This document shows positions 25,483 through 39,916 of a stretch of 64,000 nt of DNA, piece after piece (position 1 is the stretch's first letter; the number at the start of each line of letters is the position of its first letter). The notes beneath the pieces are model-generated. The model was not told where the DNA came from. It did not search any database and worked only from the letters and a program-made list of their open reading frames with translations. The DNA lies in NCBI RefSeq assembly GCF_006345805.1, contig NC_042999.1, positions 160,208,001-160,272,000 of the forward strand. The letters run 5' to 3'. The DNA is from Octopus sinensis. Its lineage: Eukaryota. Made by a program: the position numbers and the translations under genes.

Positions 25483-25483
<1 letters not shown>

Positions 25484-25639
25484 CTTGGTGAAAGAGGACG
25501 CTAAGCTACAAGAGGCTGAAAACAACTGGTGTAAGAGACCCACAAAAAATCGTGAGAGTATACTTTTCTGATTGTATGTTTTCATGAAGTTGGGTCGTGA
25601 CTGAAAGTAAAGGACGCGATAAGATCAAATATGTTCATA

Positions 25640-26781
25640 CAGTAATCACTCGCCATATTGCTGTTCCCCTATCGCGCCCTCAGTACATCGCGGATTTTTC
25701 TGGCTAATATATGTAAATTTATATCGCGGACTCTTCAGTATATCGTGGGTTACTGCAGTTGGTAGATATTTATATTTTTTTAGATCTTAGTTATTTCTGT
25801 GATAAAATAAGCATTTTCACGCCTAAAAATAAATAAATTAATAAATGAAAATATAGTACAGTTCTGCACTGTATAACACATTAATTAAAATATATTAATT
25901 AAAATATATTAAAAGAAAATAGGTAGTGTACCGTAGATGAGTAAGCAAAGAATTGCACATACTGTATGGAAAACGAAACTCAGGAGGCGAGTGTGTAGTG
26001 TTATTTTGCATTTGTGTGTAAAATTGTGCATTTATTTCAAGGGATCTTTTCGGTTTGAACGGCAGTTTTTTCTAGCAGTGTCATATGAAATTGTCACCCA
26101 TAATTATGACCCTAGTATCGATCTATTGCATTTCAATGTGTTTTAGGGTTGGGGTTAGTTAGGGTTAGGGTTAGATTTGGGGTGGGGGAAGGGTATCTTT
26201 TTTTCTTCACAAATGTAAATAAACCCAATCTATTTCTTAAACGAGGGACATATTCATACAGCACAGAATGTTTTTTTTACTTCAATAGACGTCATTGATT
26301 GGTTGAAATTGCAGAAATTGAAGAAAAAAAACCCAGCAAATATCTTACAAACCATAGAATTTTCTCAATAAAGCCAAGAGAAAAAGATGTTTTATAAACA
26401 CATTCTACCAGTATACGAAGTTTAAATTTCTTTTAGTTACCTAGAAATTATGTTAAAAACTGCCGTTCAAACCGAAAAGATCCATTTCAAGCCCTACGAT
26501 GTCACCAAATGTTCTGCACCATTTAAGGCTTTCTTTCTTACACAGAAGAAAAAGCAGGTCCAGCAACTGTCTATCGCTATGTTCCTCACCCGCAGAAAAA
26601 AGAAAAAGAAAAAGAAAAAGAAAAGTTACGGGTACTCCTAAGAGTGTGGGGGAGAGTTTATAAAAGCTTAAATATATAAAAATAATAAAAAATATATACA
26701 CAGTATTGTTTCTACTTCGCGATTCTCACCTATCGCGGTTTGTTTTGGAACGTATCACCCGCGATAGTCGAGGGATTACTA
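25640..26781. mobile_element. Tigger/pogo-like non-autonomous element interrupted by a MITE
   Basis: TA-cagtaatcactcgccatattgc ... gcgatagtcgagggattacta-TA. Confidence 0.75.
26042..26483 (+). mobile_element. GGATC-TIR telomeric-repeat MITE nested in the Tigger-like element
   Basis: Both TIRs; exact TSD atttcaag. Confidence 0.95.
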
Positions 26782-28631
26782 TATACATTTACTTATACAT
26801 ACAGTAAAAATGAAGAAAATGATCTTCGTCTTGGGGGAAATTTTTATAGAAAGTAGGGAAAATGATGAACTTGGTATAGGAAAAGAAATCACAATTAAGA
26901 TTTAAAACTTCATAAATAATACAGATTAAGGACTCGCTGGAGTTATTAAAGAGTGTCCACACACACTTCCGAGCTAGGGTTGGTCTTTTATCTTTGGGGT
27001 ATTTGATAAAATAAGTTAAGTACTGGATCGATTACAGTAGTACAGCTTCGATGAGCATGAAACAAATCAGGAGAGAAGGTTTGTTTTATAATAGTGCTGT
27101 TTCACCATTTTGTATTTAAATTCGTCACGATGGAAATATGAATAGCCTCCTCCTCCTCCTGATCATCATCATCATCAACCTACTTCTTAACATAATCTAT
27201 TAAATTTTCTTCACAAATTCAGCGTAAGTATTGAATAGATCAAACGCAATTGAACATATAATAGTGGGAACATGAAGCTATTTTTAAAAAGAGCATTCTT
27301 TTTAAACAAAAGTTCAACAAAAGTTCAGAACTTTTTTGTTTTTAGATTAACTATCAAATATTGTAGACTGGCAACTATAATCAATTTGCTGACGGTTTCC
27401 CATCTGCTTGGTTAAACACACACCTGTTGTCAAACATACCATAGATTTACGTTTCAATTTACCAAGTTGAAACTTGATTTTCGTAATGTTTTAACAGAGC
27501 CAGTTGCTATTTGATCCTAAAAATACAAAATTTCTCTTGATTAAATGTAAAGAGGAAGACAACGAATAGCGAAATGCTCCTGCTTTTGCAAAAAAAAAGA
27601 AGATTTTTACTGAGTTAGAAAACTGGTTTTCAGCGGTCTTTGCTGGGAGGTAGCATCTAGCATCTTGATCTAAGCTGCTGCACAGGCACAGTTGTTGTGG
27701 GTGTATAGAGAAGTGACTCTACGCTGTTACATAGCTGATAGGCAATTTATCGACGCCAGCGGAGATGAAATTACGAAGTGGCATCAATGGCACAAATATG
27801 AAACCGACTCCAACGGCATTTGATCTTGGAATGTAGAACAGAAATGAATACCGCAAAGGGTTCTACTTTTACTTTTTGTCTTACAGCTTTACACATTATT
27901 TTTCATGGTGGAGAGGAGATCTTCTCGGTGGTAGTGGTCCCGCGAGGATTGAAAACGGGGCAGGAAAATTGCCATGTTATACAAACTGATATGGTTTTAA
28001 ACTTCTTAAACTTGCCCAAGGCTACAGCGAAGAAAGAAGAGTTATCTGGGTGCAACTCAAGCTCTATTTTAGTTTCCCGGTAAAAGATTTAAGTGATATT
28101 TTCTTTTTGGGTGGGGTCTCTTATTTGTCACTTTGACTTAAAGTACTAAAAAAGGAAAATAGTATATCCTGTATCACTTTATCATAACTGCTGTTGTTGA
28201 GCGAAGACTGTGTTGTATTTTAGCTCTTAACTTTCACCTCGTTAAGATAAAATAATTTCCTTAGTTCAACTCAATGCCATAATCAACAGAAACAACACAT
28301 ATTTAGACTTTTTATGGTATGTGGTTAAATTCTAAGCAGAATAATTTATTACTAAAGAGGACTTTAGAAAAAATCCTTACTTTTATAAATATGTCTGATT
28401 TCTATTTTAAACGTATATTTATAGATCTTCATAACCTAGTTTCAATATGTTAAATATTTCGATATTGTCTTCGACTTCACTGTTCAAGGCGCAACATTCG
28501 AACCTGTTTCAGAATGCTTCAGATTTTGCTTATGTCTTCAATTGTATCCCATAGTTACAATTGTTTAAAGTTTAACTCTCGAACACGTATCATCACCATT
28601 AGGCTAATATAATTATAGAATAGAAAATCTA

Positions 28632-29769
28632 CGAGGGTGGGCTGGAAAGTTAATAGGCTGACTTTGAAGGTAAGCTACTAGCGCTGTGAAATATTGTATG
28701 CATTAAGTTCAACTCTTTTTATTAATAAACTGCATTGTTTCTTTCCAGGTAAACTGACATCTGGCAATTCAAAGCAGACTTCAAAAGTAACTGGTTGTGG
28801 CTTCTCTTGAAAATGGACAACATTTGACATCGTGATGTTATGAAGTACCTGCAGCAAAAGGGTTTAGCCTCCAAGGACATTTATGCTGACATGGTTGCTA
28901 CATTAGGAAATGATGATCCAGCTTTATCAACTGTGCAAAAGTGTGCAACTGAATTTAGGAGAAGAAAGGAAAGTTTTGAAGGTGATCCAAGGTCAGGGTG
29001 TACTGCAACTGTTACCACCGAGGAAAATATTGATCGTGTTAACCACATAGTGATGGATGACAGGTGATTGATTATAAATTAAACAGCTTATTCTATTAGT
29101 ATATTCTATGAGAGATTGAGAATGTTTTGCACAATGAACTTGGCATGACGAACGTTTCTGCTCAGTGGGAGCCACGTCTTCTGACATCTGATAAAAAGCG
29201 AACTAGACGAATCACATCACGGGGAAATCTGACATTGTTTGAAGCAAATGCAGCAGGTTTTCTTGAGCGTTTCCTAATCCAAGATGAGCGTTGGGTTCAT
29301 CACTTAGAGCCAGATACAAAAATCAATCCATGCAGTGGAAATACTCCTCCTCACCTGCTCCAAAGAAGGTCAAGGATTTTTATTTGTAGTCTCAGTTTTT
29401 TGGGATGCAAAAGGCATTGTGTTTATTGACTATCATCAGGAGGGCTACGCCATCAATGGAGAGTCCTATGTCAACTTGTTGAGGCAGTTACGAAAGGCTT
29501 TCCTTGATTTGGCTCCATCAGACTACCATCTGTTCCCCAACATGAAAAAACACTTGGGTGGGAAGCAGTATCGCAGTGATGATGACGTCATATCTACTGT
29601 TAATGAATTTTTTTGACCAACAGAATGATATCTTCACCAGTGGGATACAAACGATGCAAACACCGATGGATGAAGTGTGTGGACTGCAAGATAAACTTGA
29701 AAACTAAACTTCACTTAGTCATATTCGATGAGAATATCTTGGTCAGATTTTCTGAATTTTCAAGCCTCG
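28632..29769 (+). mobile_element. Decayed mariner element with TA TSD
   Basis: TA-cgagggtgggctggaaag ... caagcctcg-TA; HTH region KYLQQKGLASKDIYADMVATLG, DERWVHH, VFWDAKGIVFIDY and DLAPSDYHLFPNMKKHL; the HDNA segment is deleted and there are frameshifts. Confidence 0.9.
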
Positions 29770-30137
29770 TATGAAAGGTAGTAGATGAATCTGATATCTT
29801 AAATTACTAATTCTATGGAGTGGCATAAGAGAAAATTCTTAACTATGACATATCAAATTGCAAATTCTCGGAAGTGGCACTAGTGATACTGAAAATGTGT
29901 ATTTGACAGAAAACATTGCAGAGTCATTGGTTGTATACCCTGACAACATTCCTTCGACTGAAGAGCAATTACAGTAAATGTAGCGAAATATACTCAAAAT
30001 TTGTGATTCAATTTTAAATACATTCTTCTTAATGTCAATCAAAAGATACAAGAATCATCCACCAATGATTATATACATTATATACACATGTACACATGCA
30101 CTCCACACCCACATGAACGCATTCGGACACAAAACAT

Positions 30138-30145
30138 ATGCATAT

Positions 30146-30189
<44 letters not shown>

Positions 30190-30300
30190 TCTTTTAATGG
30201 TTGGGACAAATTGACATATGCATTGTATGTATGTATACATGTGTGTATGTATGTATGTATGTGTATGTATGTATGTATGTATGTATGTATGTATGTTATA
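30138..30300. repeat. (CA)n and (TATG)n microsatellites
   Basis: Direct inspection. Confidence 0.9.
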
Positions 30301-31459
30301 TTAGCGTATGTGTGTGTAAAGAAAATAGAGAAAGAGCTGTGATGTATATCTATGCCTGTGTCTTTGCATGTGTATATTTGCCTGTACTTGTGTACATTTA
30401 TGCATACATGCATGCATTATACAAAACATGTTTGTGCTCGCCTATACAAATCTATACATACATTTTAAAGTAAAATGCACTCGCCGCCTCTTCACACTCA
30501 TTTTCACGTGTACGCAAATTTGTACGTTCACTCATGTTGGCGCACACAGTTAAATAGTGTGCATAGTTAAAGTAATGAAAACCATATATTTTATGTCTAA
30601 TTTAGCTGTTAATTGTAGTTAAATGAAATAGTAGTATGTAAATGAATCATTGCTTTTTTTTCGATATTTGATGGATGCATATTGGCATATAGTGCAAGTA
30701 ATAACGGTACAGCGCTTTTTGATTTAGCAGTTAATCTGAAAGAAATTAGGTTTCTTAGTTTTTAAAGCCTCTGTGTAAAAACCTCAAATAGATGAAAGAC
30801 AAATTACGTAAATGACAAACTTTTTTCTGTTTGTTTTATAATATTCATACTAAAAAGTAGTTAGTGGTATTTAACCCTCTACTAGTTTAGTTTATGAAAG
30901 GTATGGGCAATCTGCAGCATTCGGGTCACATGTAGCACTTCATGACTTTTTGAATGACACACGAAATGTCACTGAACATTAAAACTCTTTACTAACATTT
31001 TGTGACATGATCTTTAGGTATGACTCTGTGAATTTGAATCATTTCATTTCTTTCTCTCCATGTATATGTATGTATATTTACTGCTGCTTTCTCTCCATCA
31101 AAGTTGTGTGTAGCCGGACGATTCTCCGAATTATCAGTAGTGTGTTTATATGGTGGTACAAGGTTTATTAAATAATTATTTTAGTAGAATGGCTTATGAT
31201 TAGCAACATCTCAGAAGGCTTGCTGCAAGAAAAAAATTGCTTATGCACCTGTGCGAGAATTGAACTCACTATATAAAGGGGTACCTACAAATATCCCAAG
31301 CATTTTGTCCGACTTTCTGTGGATATTGTACTTTCTCTTAGATGACTTTTTCTTCATTCAGTTTCCTATAGAACTTTGAAGAACAACCTAAAAGAAGATG
31401 TATTTCAATTACGGTAATTTATTTAATAATTCATAAACAATAATAAATATCAATTATAT

Positions 31460-31846
31460 TGCTAACCAAACACATGGTTCCGGGTTCAGTCCCACTGCGT
31501 GGCATCTTGGGCAAGTGTCTTCTGCAGTAGCCCCAGGCCGACCAATGCTTTGTGAGTGGATTTGGTAGACGGAAACTGAAAGAAGCCTGTCGTATATATG
31601 TATCTATATATAAGTGTGTGTGTATATGTTTGTGTGTCTGTGTTTGTCCCCCTAGCACTGCTTGACAACCGATGCTGGTGTGTTTACGTCCCCGTCACTT
31701 AGCGGTTCGGCAAAAGAGACCGATAGAATAAGTACTGGGCTTACAAAGAATAAGTCCCGGGGTCGATTTGCTCGACTAAAGGCGGTGCTCCAGCATGGCC
31801 GCAGTCAAATGACTGAAACAAGTAAAAGAGTAAAGAGTAAAGAGTA
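31460..31846 (+). mobile_element. SINE family C (slightly 5'-truncated)
   Basis: cacatggttccgggttcagtccc through gagtaaagagta. Confidence 0.92.
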
Positions 31847-32084
31847 TATGCCATTAGTAATTACAATAATCAGGATCACATCTACAACAGTAGAAATATT
31901 CGATTCCACAAAGGCAGATTCTTATTTATTGAACTGGTTTCGTAAAATTTCATAAGTGATAGTGAAAGAGACTTCATCGTCTTGTAAAAATGTAACGAGA
32001 GCATTTATTGCTTTTTTGCTTTTTCTTCTTAAAGAAAACATATTCTTTTAGGCGATAAATAATGGTTTCAAATAATTGGCATTA

Positions 32085-32281
32085 TGCCAGTAATTTTGGG
32101 ATGGGGTCAAGCCGATTATATTGACACCATTACTTTGATTGCTACTTATTTTATCGACCCCGAAAGAATGAAAGGTAAAGTCGACTTCGGCGGAATTTAT
32201 GACCTCAGAGCATGAAAACGGACGAAATGCCGCAATGCATTTTGCTCGGTGTGCTAACGCTTCTGCCATGCTCGCCACCTT
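32085..32281 (-). mobile_element. SINE family B (diverged)
   Basis: ttatcgaccccgaaagaatgaaaggtaaagtcgacttcggcgg...ctcgccacctt. Confidence 0.8.
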
Positions 32282-32719
32282 AAATTAGGTGATAAATAAT
32301 ATGTGTGGTTTTTCCATTTCCTTTATCAGATTGAGATAATGTGTAAGAATTTTAGAAAGTATCTATTTCAAGTTGTAACTTTCATACCTTTATAACATGC
32401 ATTATTTTACAAACAGAAGAAATTAGGTAGCTTATTAAGGTTTGTGGAGAAGCTAAAATCATACTCGACAAACAAACTTGTGTGTTACAAGAGTTATAAC
32501 GGAATTACATGAAACTATGGGATATTCATGCCTTTTGCAGGAGTACCGGCATGAAAAGAATTCGTTTTAAGGGACACTTAATATTCTGTTACCCGGCCTT
32601 GCAGAAGCTTACGTCATGCTTTACAGTATATTGGTCAGTGGTGTGCATAAATTTGTGTGGGTGTATATATATATATATATATACATATATGTATGCATAT
32701 GTACATAATATGCACATAT

Positions 32720-32970
32720 ATGTGTAAGAATACAGTGCTTTTCTCGGACTATTCTTTTCTTTCATTCCAGACTTTTCTCTCTTTGCTCTTTCTGACGAAG
32801 AGCCATGTCCGAAACGTCACCCCACTCTTTATTCCACCTTCAACTTTCTCTGAGCGTCAACCTAACACATTCACTGTCTACGTCCTTTTGACTTTCGTTC
32901 TATTTCCTATTTTTGTTTTCATTTTCTTTTATGTTTTCATTTGCCTAGCGCTGTTTCTATTTCATATTTG
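32720..32970 (+). repeat. Pyrimidine-rich repeat homologous to 14450-14640, with HHR core remnant
   Basis: Shared anchors gacgaagagc, cgaaac, ctgagcgtc, acgtcct and gttttcat; core CTGACGA (32792) ... GAAAcgTC (32811-32818). Confidence 0.55.
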
Positions 32971-33215
<245 letters not shown>

Positions 33216-33775
33216 CACATACACACACATGTTCATTCTGCATAAGTTTGGCGTTCAACTTTTCAGATTAACATATATACAGTCATACAGTTTCGTGCGC
33301 ACGTAAGTTAAGATATAATAAGACTACCAATTTAATTCTACAGTCAAACTTTTCCTACACTGATGTTATCTTAAATATGAGACCTTTATCATATCGTCAT
33401 GTTGTATTACTGAGTGATACTTGGCTTATTAAACTTCATTAAATTAGCTAATTCAGATCATTTACTGTAACTTAAGATACTGGTCAGATCAAACAGCTGT
33501 TATCTTTCCACATCGTCCTCGCTCCGAAATTACACTAATTACGAACAACTTTAGATTAATTAAGTGATGGCTTTCAACCCGAAGATAGATAGATGCATTA
33601 ATAAGTATACTTGTTACTACTACTACGCTACACAAAGTGCACCCCCCTCCATAACCTACAGCAACTGATTTCTATCAGTTATTTATATTTTGAGTATATG
33701 CATCAATGGCAGCTGTTTTCATATTCATGTATTATCGACAGATGTCCCCCAGCGTCGAAGTAAAGAATACATACG

Positions 33776-34445
33776 CATGTGCATGCATACATACATACAT
33801 ACATACATAATACATACATACATACATGCATACATACATACATACATGCATACGTACATACATACATACGTACATACATAATACATACATACATACATAC
33901 ATACAAGCATGCATGCATACATACATACATACATACATACATACATACATACATGCATACATACATACATGCATACATACATGCATGCATGCATACATAC
34001 ATACATACATACATACATACATACATACATACATACATACATACATGCATACATACATGCATGCATGCATACATACATACATACATACACACATACATAC
34101 ATACATACGTACATACATACATACATACATACATGCATGCATGCATACATACATACATACATACATGCATACATACATACATGCATACATACATACATAC
34201 ATACATACATACATACATACATACATACATGCATGCATACATACACATACATACATACATACATACATACATACATACATGCATGCATACATGCATACAT
34301 ACATACATACATACATACATACATACATACATCATCTACATACATACATACATGCATACATACATACATACATACATACATACATACATGCATGCATACA
34401 TACATACATACATACATACATACATACATACATACATACATACAT
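33776..34445. repeat. ~670-bp (TACA)n/(TGCA) microsatellite
   Basis: Direct inspection; source of the MYVC/HTYI ORFs. Confidence 0.97.
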
Positions 34446-35154
34446 AAACACATACCTCACATACGCACACACATGTATATGTACGTATGTAATGTATGTA
34501 TGTGCATGTGTTGTGTTTGTGAGTGCGTGCGGTTAGTTCCGGTTTATGATATATTGGCAATGGACGTTTTCGATTGGTTAAAATTACATGACTTTAAATG
34601 TAGCTTCTTTGTTATTAATTTTTGGCGAAAACTGAATGCGGTTATCAACATGCAAAAACCACTCAGAACTAAAATTTTTAAAATGATCTGGTGTTGGGAG
34701 AAATTTAACAAAATCCTTCATTGTTAAATGTAAAAATGAAAGTGTGATTTGAGGAAAATTTGGCTGCTATTTCTAGCAGTTCAACAGCTATATAAAGAGT
34801 GTGTGTATATATGCATGTGTGTATTGTATTGTATATGCATATGTATGTATATGGATACAGATATTGATATGCAACCCCATTACAGAACCAAGGAATTGTT
34901 TGATTGATTGATTAATTAATTTGTTGGATGATTGATAAGTTGATTGATTGACTGAATAATGGAGCTAATTTTTTGAGTATTATTTTATAATTAAAGATCT
35001 AATTAAACAAAAACATACATAGCTATCTAAACCTACATATATATGTGTGCATACATAAATACATATATATATATATATACACAAGTGCTTGCACAAATAT
35101 ACATATATAAATACATAAATACATAAATACATCTACCTAACCTACATATATGTA

Positions 35155-35228
<74 letters not shown>

Positions 35229-36103
35229 AGTGGCCGCATAAATATACATATATACATGTCATATATAAATACAAAAAGCAGTAATTATAGTAATTTATAC
35301 TCACATATACATACATGTAAACAATTATATCTAACTTAATATATACCTTCTTATACATATATCTGCATAATTATCACACATCATATAATACAATACAGTA
35401 TAGCAACAATAATAACTCGAATAATAATTATTACTATTATTATGTCAGTAGGGGTGTTTTAATACTAGGTTCTAGTGGTATTTGGAAAAGGTATGCCCAA
35501 TTTTATGAAATTGGGCATACCTTTTTATGAAAACAGGAAACGTTGCGTTCCTTAAAGCTGTTAAGCGGAATTTTAGTCCCAAATAGAAAGAAAATTTCAT
35601 TAATACATAACAAACATTTTCTATTTTTAGTATTATATGCAGGTGCTGATGTTTATATTTTCCAATTTAAATTATAGTTAATTCTCCCATCCTTAAGTTC
35701 CCATATGTAGCTACTTAACCCTGTAGAATTTCTCCTATTTCTGTTTCTAAATGTATATTTATGATAATTAAGTCTCTGTTTCATATTGTTTTTTGTCGCA
35801 CTCACATATACCTTGCTGTCAAATTGTGTACTTACTATACATTGATATACTACCTCCTTCCTAATGCAATTATTATTAAATACACAATTTTAAATTATTC
35901 TGCAATTACATGTTCTGTGCGGTTGTGTAGGGTTTATATTATTGGGGTTGACACTCATTATATTATTAGTTCTGTGGCTATTGTTGGTCCTAATAATGTT
36001 ATTATTTCTTATATTATCGTGATCATTAATGTTAGCATTATTAATATTTTTATTTACACTTCCATTGTTGCTGTTGTTTTTGTTGTTGTTATTATTATTA
36101 TTA

Positions 36104-36140
<37 letters not shown>

Positions 36141-36159
36141 TCTTCTTATTATTATTATT

Positions 36160-36690
36160 CAGTAGTTTTATTTTTATAGCGTGCTTTCACTTCACTACCG
36201 AGCGCAGCTCTGTGTGCCTTGGGTATGTGCTGTGATTTGTTGTGATGCTCTGATGGTTATTGTATGGAAAGTGTTCTGCGTAGGATGTGTGCAGTGCCTA
36301 GTAGTGCAATTTTCTGTATGTTATATGTGTTTGTAAGTCCTGGTGTTTTTGTTATGTATTTGTCTGAATATTTTCTTATCATGCCTAATGCACCTATCAT
36401 GATAGGGATTGTTTCTGTTTTCAGATTCCACATTCTGGTTATCTCTATTTCCAGGTCTTTGTATTTTGAGAGTTTTTCCATTTCTTTTAGAGACACGTTG
36501 TCATCAGCCGGTATTGATACATCAATTAGAAAGCATTTTTTTTTTCATGATCTCTGACAACTATATCTGGTCTGTGGCCTTAATTTCTCTATGTGGGTAT
36601 CGGCATATCCCAGAGTATGGTTGCTTTCTCGTTTTCTGTGACCTTTTCTGGTGTGTGCCTATACCATCTTTTTTCTGTTGTTATCCATTG
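36160..36690 (-). mobile_element. 5'-truncated RLE LINE (R4/Dong-like) inserted in (TTA)n
   Basis: WYRHTPEKVTENEKATILWDMPI...RPDIVV...EKLSKYKDLEIEITRMW...ILRRTLSIQ; (TTA)n on both sides (36085-36159 and 36690-36890). Confidence 0.88.
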
Positions 36691-36753
36691 TTGTTATTAT
36701 TATTATCATTATTATTATCATTATTATTATCATATTATTATTATTCATTATTA

Positions 36754-36819
<66 letters not shown>

Positions 36820-36847
36820 ATTATTATTATTTATTATTATTATTATC

Positions 36848-36880
<33 letters not shown>

Positions 36881-36923
36881 TGTGAATTATTTATGTTTGC
36901 ATTACTTCTATTATTTTTTCTAC

Positions 36924-37150
36924 TTAGATAGATGTCCAGTTTTTATCATTGTTAATTGAAGAGATGATGGCAGCTAGGTTATGTGTTAGACTATATCCTA
37001 TTCTTATTTTTTTGTTATTAATTATCTCCCAATATTTGTTTTTTCCTTTTGTAAAATGTTGGTTAATTAAACTAAAAATCGTTTTTACTATGTTATTTTT
37101 GATTTGCATAGCGAAAGGGATTATTAGCCATAAAGTATCTATTTTGCTAT
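36924..37150 (-). pseudogene. Penelope-like element RT-to-EN linker fragment
   Basis: DTLWLIIPFAMQIKNNIVKTIFSLINQHF...EIINNKKIRIGYSLTHNLAAIISSIN resembles the PLE motif IIWFNPPFS..V.TNIG..F..LI.KHF....IFN...IK.SYSC..N...II..HN. Confidence 0.65.
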
Positions 37151-37680
37151 TTCCCTTATTAAGGTTACTTATATTATGCGTAAATTCTCTGTTATTATTA
37201 TTATTATTTTTATATTTAATAATACTATTTATGCTATAATTTTTTCTATTATTACTAATGATTTTAGTATTGTTATTATTATTGTTGTTGCTGTTTTTAT
37301 TGTTGCTGTTTTTATTGTTGCTATTCTGTCTATTATTACTATTATTATTTTGTATGGGTTGCCTTATCATATTTTTAATATTTCTTCTTCTTATTATTAT
37401 TATTGTTATTATTTTTATATTTATCATGGAAGTGTTATATTTGTCTAAATTTTGTGGGTTGGAGGTAGTTACTCTATCCTAGCTATTATAGTTAATATTA
37501 TTGGGGAGGTATTTAACTTTACTTTCATATCCTGCATTTTTTTAATGCTACATTGTATTTTTCTTTATGTTTATTAAATATCTTTTCATTAGAGGAGAGG
37601 TTTGAAATCGTTTTACTTATATTTAGTAGTAGGGCATTTTTTTATTTGCGAGGGATGGTTACTAGAATTATTTATATATC

Positions 37681-37898
37681 TTACCCTTTTTACTCTTTTA
37701 CTTGTTTCAGTCATTTGACTGTGGCCATGCTGGAGCACCGCCTTTAGCAGAGCAAATCGAACCCAGGACTTATTCTTTGTAAGCCTAGTACTTATTCTAT
37801 CGGTCACTTTTGCTGAACCACTAAGTGACGGGGACGTAAACACACCAGCATAGGTTGTCAAGCGATGTTGGGGACACACACAGACATATACACCCATA

Positions 37899-37934
<36 letters not shown>

Positions 37935-38098
37935 CGACGTGCTTCTTTCAGTTTCCGTCTACTAAATCCACTCACAAGGATTTGGTCGACCCGAGGCTAT
38001 AGTAGAAGACACTTGCTCAAAGTGCCACCCAGTGGGACTGAACCCAGAACCATGTAGTTGGTAAGCAAGTTACTTACCACACAGCCACTCCTGCGCCT
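37681..38098 (-). mobile_element. SINE family C, full length
   Basis: Complete match to the family. Confidence 0.92.
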
Positions 38099-38649
38099 AT
38101 GCGAATTTCTTCATGTGCAAGCGTCTAACATATATACGTATTATATATATATAATACGCGCACGCTCACACATGTATATATATATATATATATAATGCAC
38201 GCACACACACACACACACGCACGCACAACATATATCTAAGGTAACCTCTACGTGGTTTCCCTATCTTCAAGAAATAGCAGTTAATCCTTCTCAAATCTTG
38301 GATTACTATCCCAAAGAAGAAAAAATGAAAGGTGTATATTGTTGGATAATATAGACGGTAGCATCTATGGTTAGATAAAAAAAAAATAGGGGACATATTT
38401 GACTTGGCTAGAATGTCTTTAATTATAGGTCTACTGGACCGACACAGCGCTAAGATTAATAGAAAATTATGGAAATTAATTTTGCTTCATAACGTGACAT
38501 AAATGTATTTCAGTGTAATAGAATTTGCCCTTGAAAAGTAAGTTGATGTGACATTCGATATATGTACGTAGGTGTGTGTATGTACATATGTATATATGTA
38601 TAATATGCGCGTATGGGTGTGTCTGTGTATATACAGTTCTTATACACAT

Positions 38650-38900
38650 CTGCTTAGTGTGTGTGTATGTATGTATGTATGTATTTATATATGTATGTAT
38701 GTATGTCTGTATGTATTTATGTATGTATGTATGTATGCATGTATGTATGTATGTATGTATGTATGTATGTATGTATGTATGCATGCATGCATGCATGCAT
38801 GTATGTATGTATCTATGTATGTAAGTATGTATTATGTATGTATGCATGTATGTATGTATGTATGTATGTATGTATGTATGTATGTATGTATGTATATTAT
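38650..38900. repeat. (TATG)n microsatellite
   Basis: Direct inspection. Confidence 0.95.
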
Positions 38901-39538
38901 ATATAAATATAATTTATGTATAACTTAGAATTAAAAAAAAATGAAATCACTTATATCAGGCGCTGAAATATGACCCTTTATCTAATTCATCTGATTTATC
39001 ATTTTATGGGATACTTAAACAAGCTCCAATATTATCCATCTACTCGCTAGAAATATTAACCAAAATCACTCGACAAAACAAATCACACTTTTGTACTAAA
39101 CAAAAGTAAATAAAAAAAAAAAAAAAATAAATAAATAACAAGAAACCCCCCTCCCCCGGAGGGACATATCGCATAATGAAGTCTTAAATACTCAAAGCAT
39201 GAAAAATCAAAAGTAGGAGTGGAATAAACAAGAGACCTATGAGCTATTCACAATCACATGATGTGATTATATTACCAATATGTTCACTGCAATATACACC
39301 ATGTGATTATAAATAACTGGGTGGTTTTCTCTATTACAACTCTTCTACTTTCTAAGTTCATTTTATAGGCTGAATGTATCTAGGGGATACACAAACCACT
39401 GCCTCAATGTTTTTTTCTTCTTAAATATTAAAAAGAAAAGTTGTTTTTGAATATTGATGGTGGGATGGGATTTTAGGGCTACTTCATTGCAATTTCAAGC
39501 ATGTTAATAGTTTATAGATGACTATATAGCCATCCATC

Positions 39539-39770
39539 AAGCGGCGAACTGGCAGAAACATTATCACGCCGGGCGAAATGCGTTGCCGTATTTCGTCTGC
39601 CGTTACGTTCCGAGTTCAAATTCCGCCGAGGTCGACTTTGCCTTTCATCCTTCCGGGGTCGATAAATTAAGTACCAGTTACGCACTGGGGTCGATGTAAT
39701 CGACTTAATCCGTTTGTCTGTCCTTGTTTATCTCCTCTGTGTTTAGCCCCTTGTGGGTAGTAAAGAAATA
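39539..39770 (+). mobile_element. SINE family B, long monomer
   Basis: A-box-like tggcagaaacatt, B box gagttcaaattcc and tail gtaaagaaata. Confidence 0.92.
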
Positions 39771-39916
39771 TATCCATCCATCCATCCATCCATCCATCCA
39801 TCCATCCATCCATCCATCCATCCATCCATCCATACATACATACATACATACATACATACATACATAATACATACATACATACTACATACATACATACATA
39901 CATACATACATACATA

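Noticed and set aside
33703-34727. Long ORFs of 200-270 aa (MYVC/HTYI repeats), also at 58643-59490 and 6011-6556
   Set aside because: Stop-free translations of (TACA)n/(TA)n microsatellites, not genes.
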